Shown here one piece after another: positions 33,470 to 45,000 of a stretch of 64,000 nt of DNA. The first letter of the stretch is position 1; each line of letters opens with the position of its first letter. The DNA is from Williopsis jadinii. Its lineage: Eukaryota. Below the pieces are notes generated by a model that was given only the letters and a program-made list of their open reading frames with translations, did no database searches and was not told the origin of the DNA. The position numbers were made by a program, and so were the translations under genes. The stretch lies in NCBI GenBank assembly GCA_024346625.1, contig AP024667.1, positions 1,240,001 to 1,304,000 on the forward strand, in the 5' to 3' direction.

Positions 33470-34795
33470 ATGGAGCTGAACAGTAAGCTTAACAGGAAGA
33501 AGAGTACATCGACGCTGGCTAAGACCATTAGTTTCACGCATACGAGGGCGCCAGTGGAGGATGACGTTAGATCACCGACAATTACACAGAGCAATAAGGA
33601 TAACAACAAGACCAGCCCGTTCAACTATTTAAATCGAAACAGCTCAAACTCCACGCTTAGCTCGATCACACATACACTGTCGAACGTTGGCTTCACTTCG
33701 ATATCACAACCAAGCGCTGCAAATGGTGGTTCTTCAGCGAATAGTCCAGATAGCGGCTCGAGCAACTCCACAGTGACGAGCCCTGTTTTGGGGAAAGTTG
33801 AGAGTAAGTTGGCCAGGGCTAAGATGTTTGCAAAGACAAAGACTAAGGAGTTGAAGAGAAGCCGAACCCTTACTGAGGGTAATGCTATACATGAAGGCAC
33901 TGCTATGGGAGATAGTTCCAGTGTTGCGGGTGCTAGTATAACTAGTGGCGGTACAACTGCGTCGAGTATTTTCCTGAAGCGAACTGGACATGGTCATCAT
34001 GTCTTGTCGTCCAGCTCTTCAAACTCTAAGGTTGTTGAGAGTGGTAGTACGATGTACTCATTTGATCCTTCACAGATATTGGATCGAGAAGCTGCGATGA
34101 AACAGCTGAGTGACGTAAACACGAGGCATTTAACATTTGATGAACGTGATCAGATGGCTGATAATCTGTGGGCCACAGTAACAAATATCCTCAGGCCTCT
34201 GTTCAAAATTGATTCTAAGAATGGATTACAATTGAAGTTGCCCGCTGAGGATGTTTCGAGAATGATTGAAACGTTTCTAAAGTTAAGAATACGAAATAAC
34301 GTATCTGCAACAAACTTGGTCCGTGAAATTATGGACTTCTTTAAAACTGGATTCAACGTATTGGACAATGAATTGAGCTTTGATCAAGGAATTACAAATG
34401 CACATGATTACTACTTCAGAATGACATACACATGGGAATACTTCTTTAAAAACATATACCATTATCTACTTGCAGTTTTCGAGCCTCTTGACTTGGAATT
34501 AAGTGGGTCAGGGAATATAGTTAAGGACAAATCGTACTGGGTTGAACTAACTGATTCCCAAATAGTCCCATCCACCAAGAAGATTGTTCTATTGGCGTTT
34601 AGGGATTATGTGGTGATTCCATATTTTGAAATGAATATAGATATACCAGAGCTACAGGACAGAGAAAGACGATTGATGATTCAATGCTTTGGAATGATGA
34701 AAATTGTACAGTCAAATACGTATAATCAAAGGATCATAGAGTTCATCTCAAATTCTTTGGAGTCTCAATTGACAATGATGAAAGTTGACTCTTGA
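33470..34795 (+). CDS. BIT61: HbrB-domain TORC2-associated protein (Bit61/Bit2/Protor-like)
   Basis: Ser-rich N-terminal half, then TWEYFFKNIYHYLLAVFEPL and LLAFRDYVVIP, characteristic of the HbrB domain. Confidence 0.7.
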   Translation: MELNSKLNRKKSTSTLAKTISFTHTRAPVEDDVRSPTITQSNKDNNKTSPFNYLNRNSSNSTLSSITHTLSNVGFTSISQPSAANGGSSANSPDSGSSNSTVTSPVLGKVESKLARAKMFAKTKTKELKRSRTLTEGNAIHEGTAMGDSSSVAGASITSGGTTASSIFLKRTGHGHHVLSSSSSNSKVVESGSTMYSFDPSQILDREAAMKQLSDVNTRHLTFDERDQMADNLWATVTNILRPLFKIDSKNGLQLKLPAEDVSRMIETFLKLRIRNNVSATNLVREIMDFFKTGFNVLDNELSFDQGITNAHDYYFRMTYTWEYFFKNIYHYLLAVFEPLDLELSGSGNIVKDKSYWVELTDSQIVPSTKKIVLLAFRDYVVIPYFEMNIDIPELQDRERRLMIQCFGMMKIVQSNTYNQRIIEFISNSLESQLTMMKVDS

Positions 34796-35144
34796 GGCTA
34801 CTTGATCACACAGCAATATAATTATTACAAAATGATCTGCAGTGCTTTGGTACGGTGAACGCGATTTGGACCATCGCTAACGCACCGGTAAATTTAGAAT
34901 CACCACTCCCTTTACGACCAGCTTGCGCTGCACGGCCCGTCGGGTGTTGGACTTTAATCCCTAGTCTCTCGTTAATAAAATGATGATACTGAAACTAACT
35001 AAGTCAATGCGTAAAGAGCTTCCTCAGACTGTAGCGTAAGATTTCGTATATGGAGTTGCAGGCATGTGTAGGGTGTGAATATGTTAGAATGATACTAATC
35101 CGAGTCCTGTTAGTATGGAAAAGATTTGTCTCGTCTTATATTAA

Positions 35145-36100
35145 TCAAAAGAGAGCTTCTGAAAGGTAAAAAGACTTTCTTGCAAATAGTATTGATAAAA
35201 GTGGAGTCAGCTGTAAATTTTCTTTATACGTACTGAAATTGAAGTACGTTCTGCTGTTATTGCTTCTGCGCACCAAGGCAAACTCTCTAACCTCTGGTAA
35301 TAGAGAAGTACGATCTTCTGAATTTGTTGATGCTCTTGGTTCAATATTGGCAAATCCAACAGTCTCCTCTCTTGTTAATCCCATCTCTGTAATTTCCTGT
35401 TGAACAATTTCTCTAGCGGTATATAACAGCTGTGCATAAAGATTGTGTTGAGACAGAAATCCAGCAATCTTCCCACTGTATTCCTCAAGTTTATTATATT
35501 CTTCATCGTTTTGAAGAACACCTCTAAGCAATTCAAGATAGCGAATTGTAGTTAAGCCCGGAGCTAGTGTATAAATCTCTGCAAATTTCTCTTGACCATT
35601 TTATTGAGTTATCATACCATGAAATCTATGGAATAAACGTCTGTTGATGGTTATTAAATAAGCTCCACCTCTCGAATCACCAGTACTGTTAGAACCCAAA
35701 GATGATAATGAAAGAATTGTATTGTTTGTTCTAGAATATTTGGGCGTGATTGGATCCAATAAGATATCCTTCATGTGCTGTGGAGGCTCTTTGAATATGT
35801 CACTGAGTAAAGCTTTTTCCGTGTCGCAACAAAATCACGGCAGTTCAGTATCGATAAGGAAAGCATGAGAATAATCACAACACTTTTTAAGACCACCTGG
35901 ATTTAACTCCAAGTTCTGTGGTCTCCGTGATCTCCTTAGTTGTTGTTGGTCATAGCCTGGGTCATCATCCTTATTAAAACCGTTGGTGCCATCCTCAATG
36001 ATGTGTTCAAAGCTGGGATCATAATCAAAAGGACCATCTCATCTAATTTCTTCTAACGCTTTTTTCTGCAACATGTACCGCAGTTCTTCGTCCACTTCTT
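35145..36100 (-). mobile_element. Decayed Helitron Rep/Hel N-terminal coding region
   Basis: One continuous frame with stops at 36041, 35837 and 35603: KKCCDYSHAFLIDTELP*FCC...EPPQHMKDILL...SRTNNTILSLSSLG...GGAYLITINRRLFHRF...GQEKFAEIYTL...FLSQHNLYAQLLYTARE...EDRTSLLPEVREFA. This reproduces the ordered motifs that precede the Helitron Rep domain. Confidence 0.78.
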
Positions 36101-39100
36101 ATTCTATCAGCCATAGTTCCATTATCAGCTTCAAGTTGAGTCCCGGTTAATGACGGCTGTTGTGGTAAATCTGTGATCTCTGTATGAGTATTCTGGGACC
36201 GAATTTGGATCTTTCTTGACCCTATTTATAAGAATTCAAAATGTAAACACTGCAGCGAAAGCGAAAGTATCGTTACGTTTTTTTGACTGCTGAAGCAACA
36301 CGGAACCAGATTACATATATAAAGGAACACGTTCTGATTTATTCTAAAAGAACTACTGATCCAATGAAGCTGAAAGTCAGTATATATAATTATGCGGATT
36401 AGTTCTGCAATTTCATTTACCATATTTTCTTGGTTTTGTTTCGCTGTTGGGATAGAAGCAGCTCTATGTATGTTTTTTGATTATACCATGCAAACTGTGA
36501 ACTATATATCTCAGGCTGTAATAAAGATTACATGATCATACTTTGTATACACTTATTTAGTGTATTCCCTACATACTTGAAAGTTTTAGGGAAATTTGAA
36601 TGCTGGTTTACTATGTTTCCTAGTGTCATTCTAATAATTATAATAATGTATCACTTGTTTGATTCCTTAAAAATTCTGATGTAAAATGGAGTCGCTAATG
36701 TTCCTTAAAACCCGTGTAGACTTACGAAATTAATTTTTTAATACCAATGAAAATTCACAATGTATATTATAGGCATGTTAATAAACTACATCACATTGTT
36801 AAAAACAGAATAGATGCATTTCAAACCATGAATTTACAAAATAGTCTATTATGCTTACAATAACGTAATATGTGTGGTATACTAAAGGCGACACTTGGTG
36901 TCCAGATGTTGCCTTGCACACAAAAAACCTATAACGTTAATAATGGATTACATAATCAATCATATCAACAATCTAGCTTATCCCATACACTATGTTACCT
37001 ATATCCCACTGTCACATGGACTGATAGATCACGTATTGGTAGTGTAGGATACTAGAGTCTCCATAATACATAAACCAAATCAGTGGGGCAACTCATTTGG
37101 GCGTTTCGATGACTCCGACCCACGATAATTCTCAGTCAATGTCTACTACGCTATTTCATATTAGGTCATTTGCCATCCTAACAACCAGTTACCTATAAAC
37201 GAGAGGGTAGCAATTATATAAAGACACTTTCAGTGTTGGTAGCGTTCCGCCACAAGTTCATATGGCTTTCTACAAGCTACATGGTAGCAAATAAGGGGCT
37301 GAAAATTGCCCGACTATGTAAGAAGACAGATGAACACGACATCATAAAGTACTCACTTGCAGCTGTGTTCTAAAGTGAAAGTTGATTGTAATTCTTCGAT
37401 TGTATGGCTTTAGACAAACATAGAGTGCCGTAGTTATTCTTCGATGAAATACAATTTGGAGACCGTGACATTAAGATTCCTTCCAGATAATAAGAAAAGT
37501 CTAGTAGTCCTCAAGCTGAAGATATATCTTACGGGGCGTCTGACATTGAACTCTTGGTTTCATTAGAAGTTTTGAGATCGACATGTGCCTGGAAAATTGG
37601 TGAAACGTCAACACCTTTTGATGAAGGATTATAACTGTCAGAATATTGGGAACAATTAACCTTTAAAGTGTAACACTGGTCAAATTACAGTTGGAGTCAT
37701 GATACATTTGTTCCTTATATCGTCTGGTGAATGCTTTGAGAGTAGTGTCCTCCTTTTAGGCATGTATTTGATATCCTGAAAGATGATATGAAGAACATCA
37801 ATTCTCAATGTAGCAAATCAAAAGTTTTCCAATATTAATACAGAGTTAATGTTAAAGCTAGACTCAACTGATCTCAATGTTCTCTGAAGGAATACGAACT
37901 ATTTCGACGGAATCGTGTGTAACAGCAGTGACCCTGGTGTTTATAATGACGAACAGCAGCAGCCTCTCAGTGTCAAATATAATCCCTAGAAATAGTGTTA
38001 AAATTAGTCTGTTTTCTCAATTTGTAAACTAGCTTCAATACCCAGAAAACAACTGGAGTGGTGATTCACTAAACACCTCCAAGGTGCACAAACGTATACA
38101 TACATCAACATTAATGGTATTACTACAGCTTCTGTTGAAACTTGACTGAAAGAGTACTTTGTTATTCCTTAGCAGATGCCAATCATGAGCTACAGATGTT
38201 ATGCTTTTAGTTCATTACTTCTACCAATATAATGAAGAGACTATGGACGCATTCGTATTACTCTTTCAAAAATGGTTGTGGCTGCAAACTTTCGGTCTGA
38301 ATATATCCTAAAGTTGCTTGATTGCTTGATTAATCTGCAGTATTAATGGAGCAAGCCCACTCATCTCCCAAAAGACTTCACACGGTACAAAGTACACGCA
38401 TTGGGTATCACCCAGCAAACTAACAGGGTGCATATCAATTATTTAGCTGCCTTATGGGCAACCAAAGGTATACACTGGCAATAAGGAATAAAATTAGAAA
38501 GACACAGGATGAATCTCTCCAAAGACCGCATTTAATATGCCATTTGTATTTCTCTTCTGATACACATATCTCAGAGGGACGCCATGGATTGTGTAAAGTA
38601 TGGAATGTAAAGATATGATGTGGTTTTGGATATCCTGGCTTTTGAATACCACATGACTTTTGAGAAAAAAGCTGACCTTATGTCTAAGAATAACGTACTT
38701 ATTCATTTGCTAGTACATGTGCATGCGACTTTATTTTCTCTTACGGGTACAGATTGCTACATGGGGGCACTATTCCTTACCAGATGGGTAAATCCACACT
38801 TTATACTGGGCCTATGATACAAGTTATAGTTTGCACAGTGTCACAATTTTACGATATTTGTTACTGAAAGAAGATAAGGAAGCTGACGATGACTTATCTT
38901 GTTATGGAATTTGACAATGATGAGGAATGGTAAATATTGCCGACAAGGTATTTGGATCACGTCATAGACAAAAAAGTACATCATATGATGAACGGGAACT
39001 TATCGAAGACGTATTGGTAAGTATTGAAATTTGCCCAACTCAAACATATTGAAGAACTGTTATAGTCTTCGGAAGATCTTAGAGATTATAATTAGGGTTC

Positions 39101-41956
39101 AATTAACTTTTAAGGTCTGATGGTGCTGCTCCAAACTATAAACTTCAAGAGTTTTGAGACAGTGTTAGTATACAAGAGGATCTTCTAAGACCTATCTTCT
39201 GTAAGCTGTAAGGTGTGGCTGTCTTACTGTTTTTGCAACCTTGAAATATCTGAAAATCGTAATACAGGATTCGTACACGCGGCTAAGACCTTCATATTTT
39301 ATGGTAAGCTGTGAGTCGTTGATTAGTCCTGAGAGTGATTTTCTAAGTCTATTTGCGGGGATCCTAGCAAATGAGCACCAACATCTACTCTTTGACTAGA
39401 TCCCAAGGTGTGTGTAGGTCATAAAGATACATGCATTTTTTTGACCGCATTGCACTTGAAGGTTGGAGGTTAGTGCCCTTAGAAGTTACACCAAGTTCCA
39501 ACTCATTGCTGCATGAGGGGATGGTAATAGATGATACCACAATTCGAATCTCTTATCCACCATAAAAACCTTTTCTCACTAATCCTAAATTTCGAAACTT
39601 AGAAAAAGTTTTCAACCAATTGTCAATAGCTAGTTATTTGTAAGTTTCACAGCATTCCGCCATAGAGAGACTATAACTTAGCTACAGATCTTACTGCAGA
39701 TGTTATGTGTAGTTTCTGCGTCATTTAAGTTCTTGTAAACCTGCATATGGCTACATGATTTCGTTGATGATGAGCGGAATGGGCCGTGGTTGACGGGGCG
39801 GCTGACGCAATTTTCTATTTTTTAATCAAGGTTCACGTAGAAAGGGCCCTAGACCCCGAATCGGATGTCACATACTTTCCTTTGAATAGTTAATCCATTA
39901 TGGCGGTAAGGGTTGCTATCGACAGTTTGCACCATTATTTACTATTTACATGATGAGGTTTCTGAGGCTTACAGTAAAATGAATCTCCTAAAGAGATATC
40001 CAATATTGGAACTGAGTGTATCATGTACAGCCCTCAACATAGATAGGTGGAAGTAAAGCTCACCTCTGGATACGACAGGGTCAACAGCTGTGCGCCCAAT
40101 CCACGATGATGACTCGACGAAGTTTCGACTCTGGGTGACCAAACTCCTCTGCTACTCTGCATTAGGTGTACGAAAGTATGATCGTATAAAGTATGAATGA
40201 ATATGCGGGATGTGATTTTGATATCTGCCTTTTTGATAGGGTCTCGACTCACACGGGCTGTGTGTTGTACCTTAGTAACAAGAGAAGGAGTGTGTATCTC
40301 GTGTCTCAAAGTTGTAAATTTCACTAAAAACTTTCTAGATGAGTACAGCATGACCTATTTGGAAAACACAAAGGACACACAGTGGGCGAACGTGTTGATG
40401 AGTTACAACAGTCAAATACTATAACTCTTGCCAAGATGTAGGCTGTACTCTAAAACCAACACCGTAATTCAACAATGCAAAGGTAAGTAACTGGCCGAAA
40501 CTTACATGCACATCTGATGCCTTAGATTTGCTTACACCGATTTGGAAATCCATATGTACTAAAAAATCCCAGCAAGTTTTAAACTGGAGCAATAGCAGTA
40601 CAAGTTATAGTAAAATAAGATAGACACTGACTTAGCATCAACTATAGGTCATTAAATGTCTTTGAACTTGCCATTTTAAAACATTTCTCTACAACAATGT
40701 CTATGTAACTATATCTAATATATCTCTCTAGCTAATTTGTATTGACCTTAATAGGCCAGATATTGAGACAAATAGCTGAACCTACCTTTGATGAGTGATG
40801 AGGCTTTGACCCTCAAATCCAACCCTTAATGTATAATATGAGTTAAAATTTCAATTGGTTTAGGGTACCGTATTCACCAAACTTTAAATCATGATATCCT
40901 TTCCTAACTCATGGGGGACATGTTAAGGGGGTGCTTCAAGCCTGGGTAAGTACATCACTGTGCATTAATATAGTTTATAACGTGGTACATGATTTCCAGA
41001 AATACAAGATCCATAGCAATTTAGAAACTTTGTAAAATGCAACCATGTCTTAGACATAACATTTACTGGCCGACGTCATTCGATACCATGCAGAGATTTA
41101 TCATCCACTCTAACGAAAAAAGTTGTGCTGCATGTCCCGTTTGGGACAAGCTCGCTATGATTCTCCTCAAGTTGTGAACTGTGGTTTGTCGGCGTGATTG
41201 AACATTTACGGTACACATTAAGAACAATTGGAGTGTGAGTAGTCGTGATTAGATATGCATTGTGCAAACAAATCACTCTTAAATTCGTCCTTCCAAAATT
41301 GAATGTGGTCATCTTGTGTTTGTGATTACGCGAACTCCCTGACACGTCCGTCGTCCTCCTTGAATAAAAGGGCAATTGGAAGTTCTATAGTCCTAGCGGA
41401 GAATGGAAACTATATTGAGGTTCAATGATCATTGAGGATGGCCTTCTCCAATATACGTGCATGCTGTGACGTACTACTGTATTGCATTGAGGACTGAAGT
41501 CAATGGATTGTTTGCTGATCAGTCCAGATGATATATGTGGGCCATGCATTAGGATTCATGCGTGCCTTTGTTAATTGATATTAGCCCTGCACCTTTCAAT
41601 GACTTACACAGCATAACATAGCAACTACAGATTGAAAGTAGATTTGGCGCACTTGAATTACAAGTCTTGGCTCCTCTGATATGAGCAATACAACACGCAG
41701 ACCTTCGCCATGAAGTGATTAAACTTTCGGTTCATATCTTAATTGCAATGCACCCCAAACTTTATTATGTCCTGGTACAAAGTTTTAACTTTCCATGTGG
41801 CGCCTAACAAAAAGATGAATTAAAAAAAAAACATGAACAACACAGTGAACCATGTTGTTAACTATAGAGATCCACACCAATATTCGAAGAATCAGCTGGC
41901 ACTGTTAATTTGGACCACTGTACTAGAACAAACAGCATGATTTGAAACTCCCGAAA

Positions 41957-41964
41957 TATATAAA
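41957..41964 (+). promoter_or_regulatory. TATA box of the adhesin gene
   Basis: TATATAAA about 70 nt upstream of ATG 42034. Confidence 0.55.
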
Positions 41965-42033
41965 GGCAAGATGTGACTACAAATGATTCCCTTTTTTTCG
42001 TTTGAAGTTGTAATCACATCAACAGTCAACGCT

Positions 42034-45000
42034 ATGAAATTTTCATTTCATTTGTTGATACTAGCGCTTTTCACTTCTTGGGTGTCGTGCTCATCGTTAG
42101 CGGCGGCATACCGAGAGGTTTATGGTAAAGATCTCATTCTTGAGGTCGAAGATGAACTCCCACCAGATGGGATTGACAGTACTGTACAGAGATTGGAGAA
42201 GAGGCTAAATGAGGGCATCACTCCAACATTGGCAGGAAGCTATGACAATGGTGTTCTTTCTTGGACAGTGACGGCTACTGTAACCGGTGCATTTTCACTC
42301 AATGTTGCTTTGGAGGCAGATGAAGGATCAGTTACATTTGATTTTGATAATGTTGTGGCAGCTGTTACTATCTCTGATGGCACAGATGATGTTGACGGTG
42401 AGACCTACACTTCGTCAACTTCTCTGGGACAGTCAGTAGTGGACTACACTTCTGGAACCACCGGTACTGAGTACGTGGTGACTCTTATTTTCAGTGCTAC
42501 TACGACAGCTACCACTGGCCCATGGATTGCCAAGGGTTCTGGAGAAGTAACAGATGATAACAACGACGATGTGGCCGTCACTATCGAGCCTGCGACCGTT
42601 GAAGCTGAAGGTAAAGGTAACGCGGGCATCACTCCAACATTGGCAGGAAGCTATGACAATGGTGTTCTTTCTTGGACAGTGACGGCTACTGTAACCGGTG
42701 CATTTTCACTCAATGTTGCTTTGGAGGCAGATGAAGGATCAGTTACATTTGATTTTGATAATGTTGTGGCAGCTGTTACTATCTCTGATGGCACAGATGA
42801 TGTTGACGGTGAGACCTACACTTCGTCAACTTCTCTGGGACAGTCAGTAGTGGACTACACTTCTGGAACCACCGGTACTGAGTACGTGGTGACTCTTATT
42901 TTCAGTGCTACTACGACAGCTACCACTGGCCCATGGATTGCCAAGGGTTCTGGAGAAGTAACAGATGATAACAACGACGATGTGGCCGTCACTATCGAGC
43001 CTGCGACCGTTGAAGCTGAAGGTAAAGGTAACGCGGGCATCACTCCAACATTGGCAGGAAGCTATGACAATGGTGTTCTTTCTTGGACAGTGACGGCTAC
43101 TGTAACCGGTGCATTTTCACTCAATGTTGCTTTGGAGGCAGATGAAGGATCAGTTACATTTGATTTTGATAATGTTGTGGCAGCTGTTACTATCTCTGAT
43201 GGCACAGATGATGTTGACGGTGAGACCTACACTTCGTCAACTTCTCTGGGACAGTCAGTAGTGGACTACACTTCTGGAACCACCGGTACTGAGTACGTGG
43301 TGACTCTTATTTTCAGTGCTACTACGACAGCTACCACTGGCCCATGGATTGCCAAGGGTTCTGGAGAAGTAACAGATGATAACAACGACGATGTGGCCGT
43401 CACTATCGAGCCTGCGACCGTTGTGGTAACCACGAGTGAGTCATCAGAAGAATCATCTGAAGAGACATCTGAAGAGACATCTGAAGAGACCTCTGAAGAG
43501 ACCAGTGAAGAAACCAGTGAGGAGACCTCTGAAGAGACCTCTGAGGAGACCTCTGAAGAGACCTCTGAGGAGACCTCTGAGGAGACATCTGAGGAGACAT
43601 CTGAAGAGATCAGTGAAGAAACCAGTGAACAGACCTCTGAAGAGACCAGTGAAGAAACCAGTGAGGAGACCTCTGAAGAGACCTCTGAGGAGACATCTGA
43701 GGAGACATCTGAGGAGACATCTGAGGAGACATCTGAGGAGACATCTGAGGAGACATCTGAGGAGACATCTGAGGAGACATCTGAAGAGATCAGTGAAGAA
43801 ACCAGTGAAGAGACCTCTGAGGAGACCAGTGAGGAGACATCTGAGGAGACATCTGAAGAGACATCTGAAGAAACCAGTGAAGAGACCTCTCAGGAGACCA
43901 GTGAAGAGACCTCTGAAGAATCCTCTGAAGAAACTTCTGAAGAGACCAGTGAAGAGCCAACTACAGATTCTACCTCCGAATCTACTGCTGAATCCTCCTC
44001 TGAGTCTTCCTCTGAGTCCGCACTTCCAACTGAACCTGTTCTTAGTGGTGAATTCAATCCAGAAGACGAAACTGCTGTCTGGAATGTTGCAATTCCTGGT
44101 AACCTTGGTGCTTGGACCTCTGTTGAAGTTACAATTACAAAGGAAGCTGTCACTGGTGAGGACTATGACTTCTCATCTGCCACTGTTTACCTCAATGGTC
44201 AAGTCTACTCATCCGCTGTTGTCTCTGTTTCTGCTGATCTGATTACCGTTACTCTCTCTGAATCAATCGGAGAGGATGACTTGATCACCATCACTTTCAT
44301 TGGTGACACCACTGGTGGATACGAGTGGACATCCCTTGTCCACGTTCGTATTGAGCTTCCAGATGAAAGACTTGCTAAGAGAGCTGTTCTTGAGTATGAT
44401 TTGGTATTGACTGTTGTTAATGAGGCTGCTGTTCCATCTGAGTCAGAATCGGCTTCTGAATCCGAGTCTGCTTCCGAAGAATCCTCTGAAGAGTCGTCTG
44501 AGGAGTCATCTGAAGAATCCTCTGAAGAATCTTCTGAAGAGTCCTCTGAAGAATCATCTGAAGAATCCTCTGAAGAATCCTCTGAAGAGTCGTCTGAGGA
44601 GTCATCTGAAGTATCCTCCGCAGAATCCTCTGAAGAGTCCTCTGAAGAATCCTCTGAAGAGTCCTCTGAAGAATCCTCTGAAGAATCTTCTGCAGAATCA
44701 TCTGAAGAATCTTCTGCAGAATCATCTGAAGAATCTTCTGCAGAATCCTCTGAGGAATCCTCTGAAATATCATCTGAAGAATCATCTGAAGAATCATCTG
44801 AAGAGTCCTCTGAAGAGTCCTCTGAAGAATCCTCTGAAGAGTCCTCTGAGGAGTCATCTGAAGTATCCTCCGCAGAATCCTCTGAAGAGTCCTCTGAAGA
44901 ATCTTCTGCAGAATCCTCTGAGGAATCCTCTGAAATATCATCTGAAGAATCATCTGAAGAATCTTCTGAAGAGTCCTCTGAAGAATCATCTGAAGAATCC

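Noticed and set aside
37540..37600. LEVLRSTC resemblance to totivirus L-A Gag
   Set aside because: Only a five-residue match with no support in flanking sequence.
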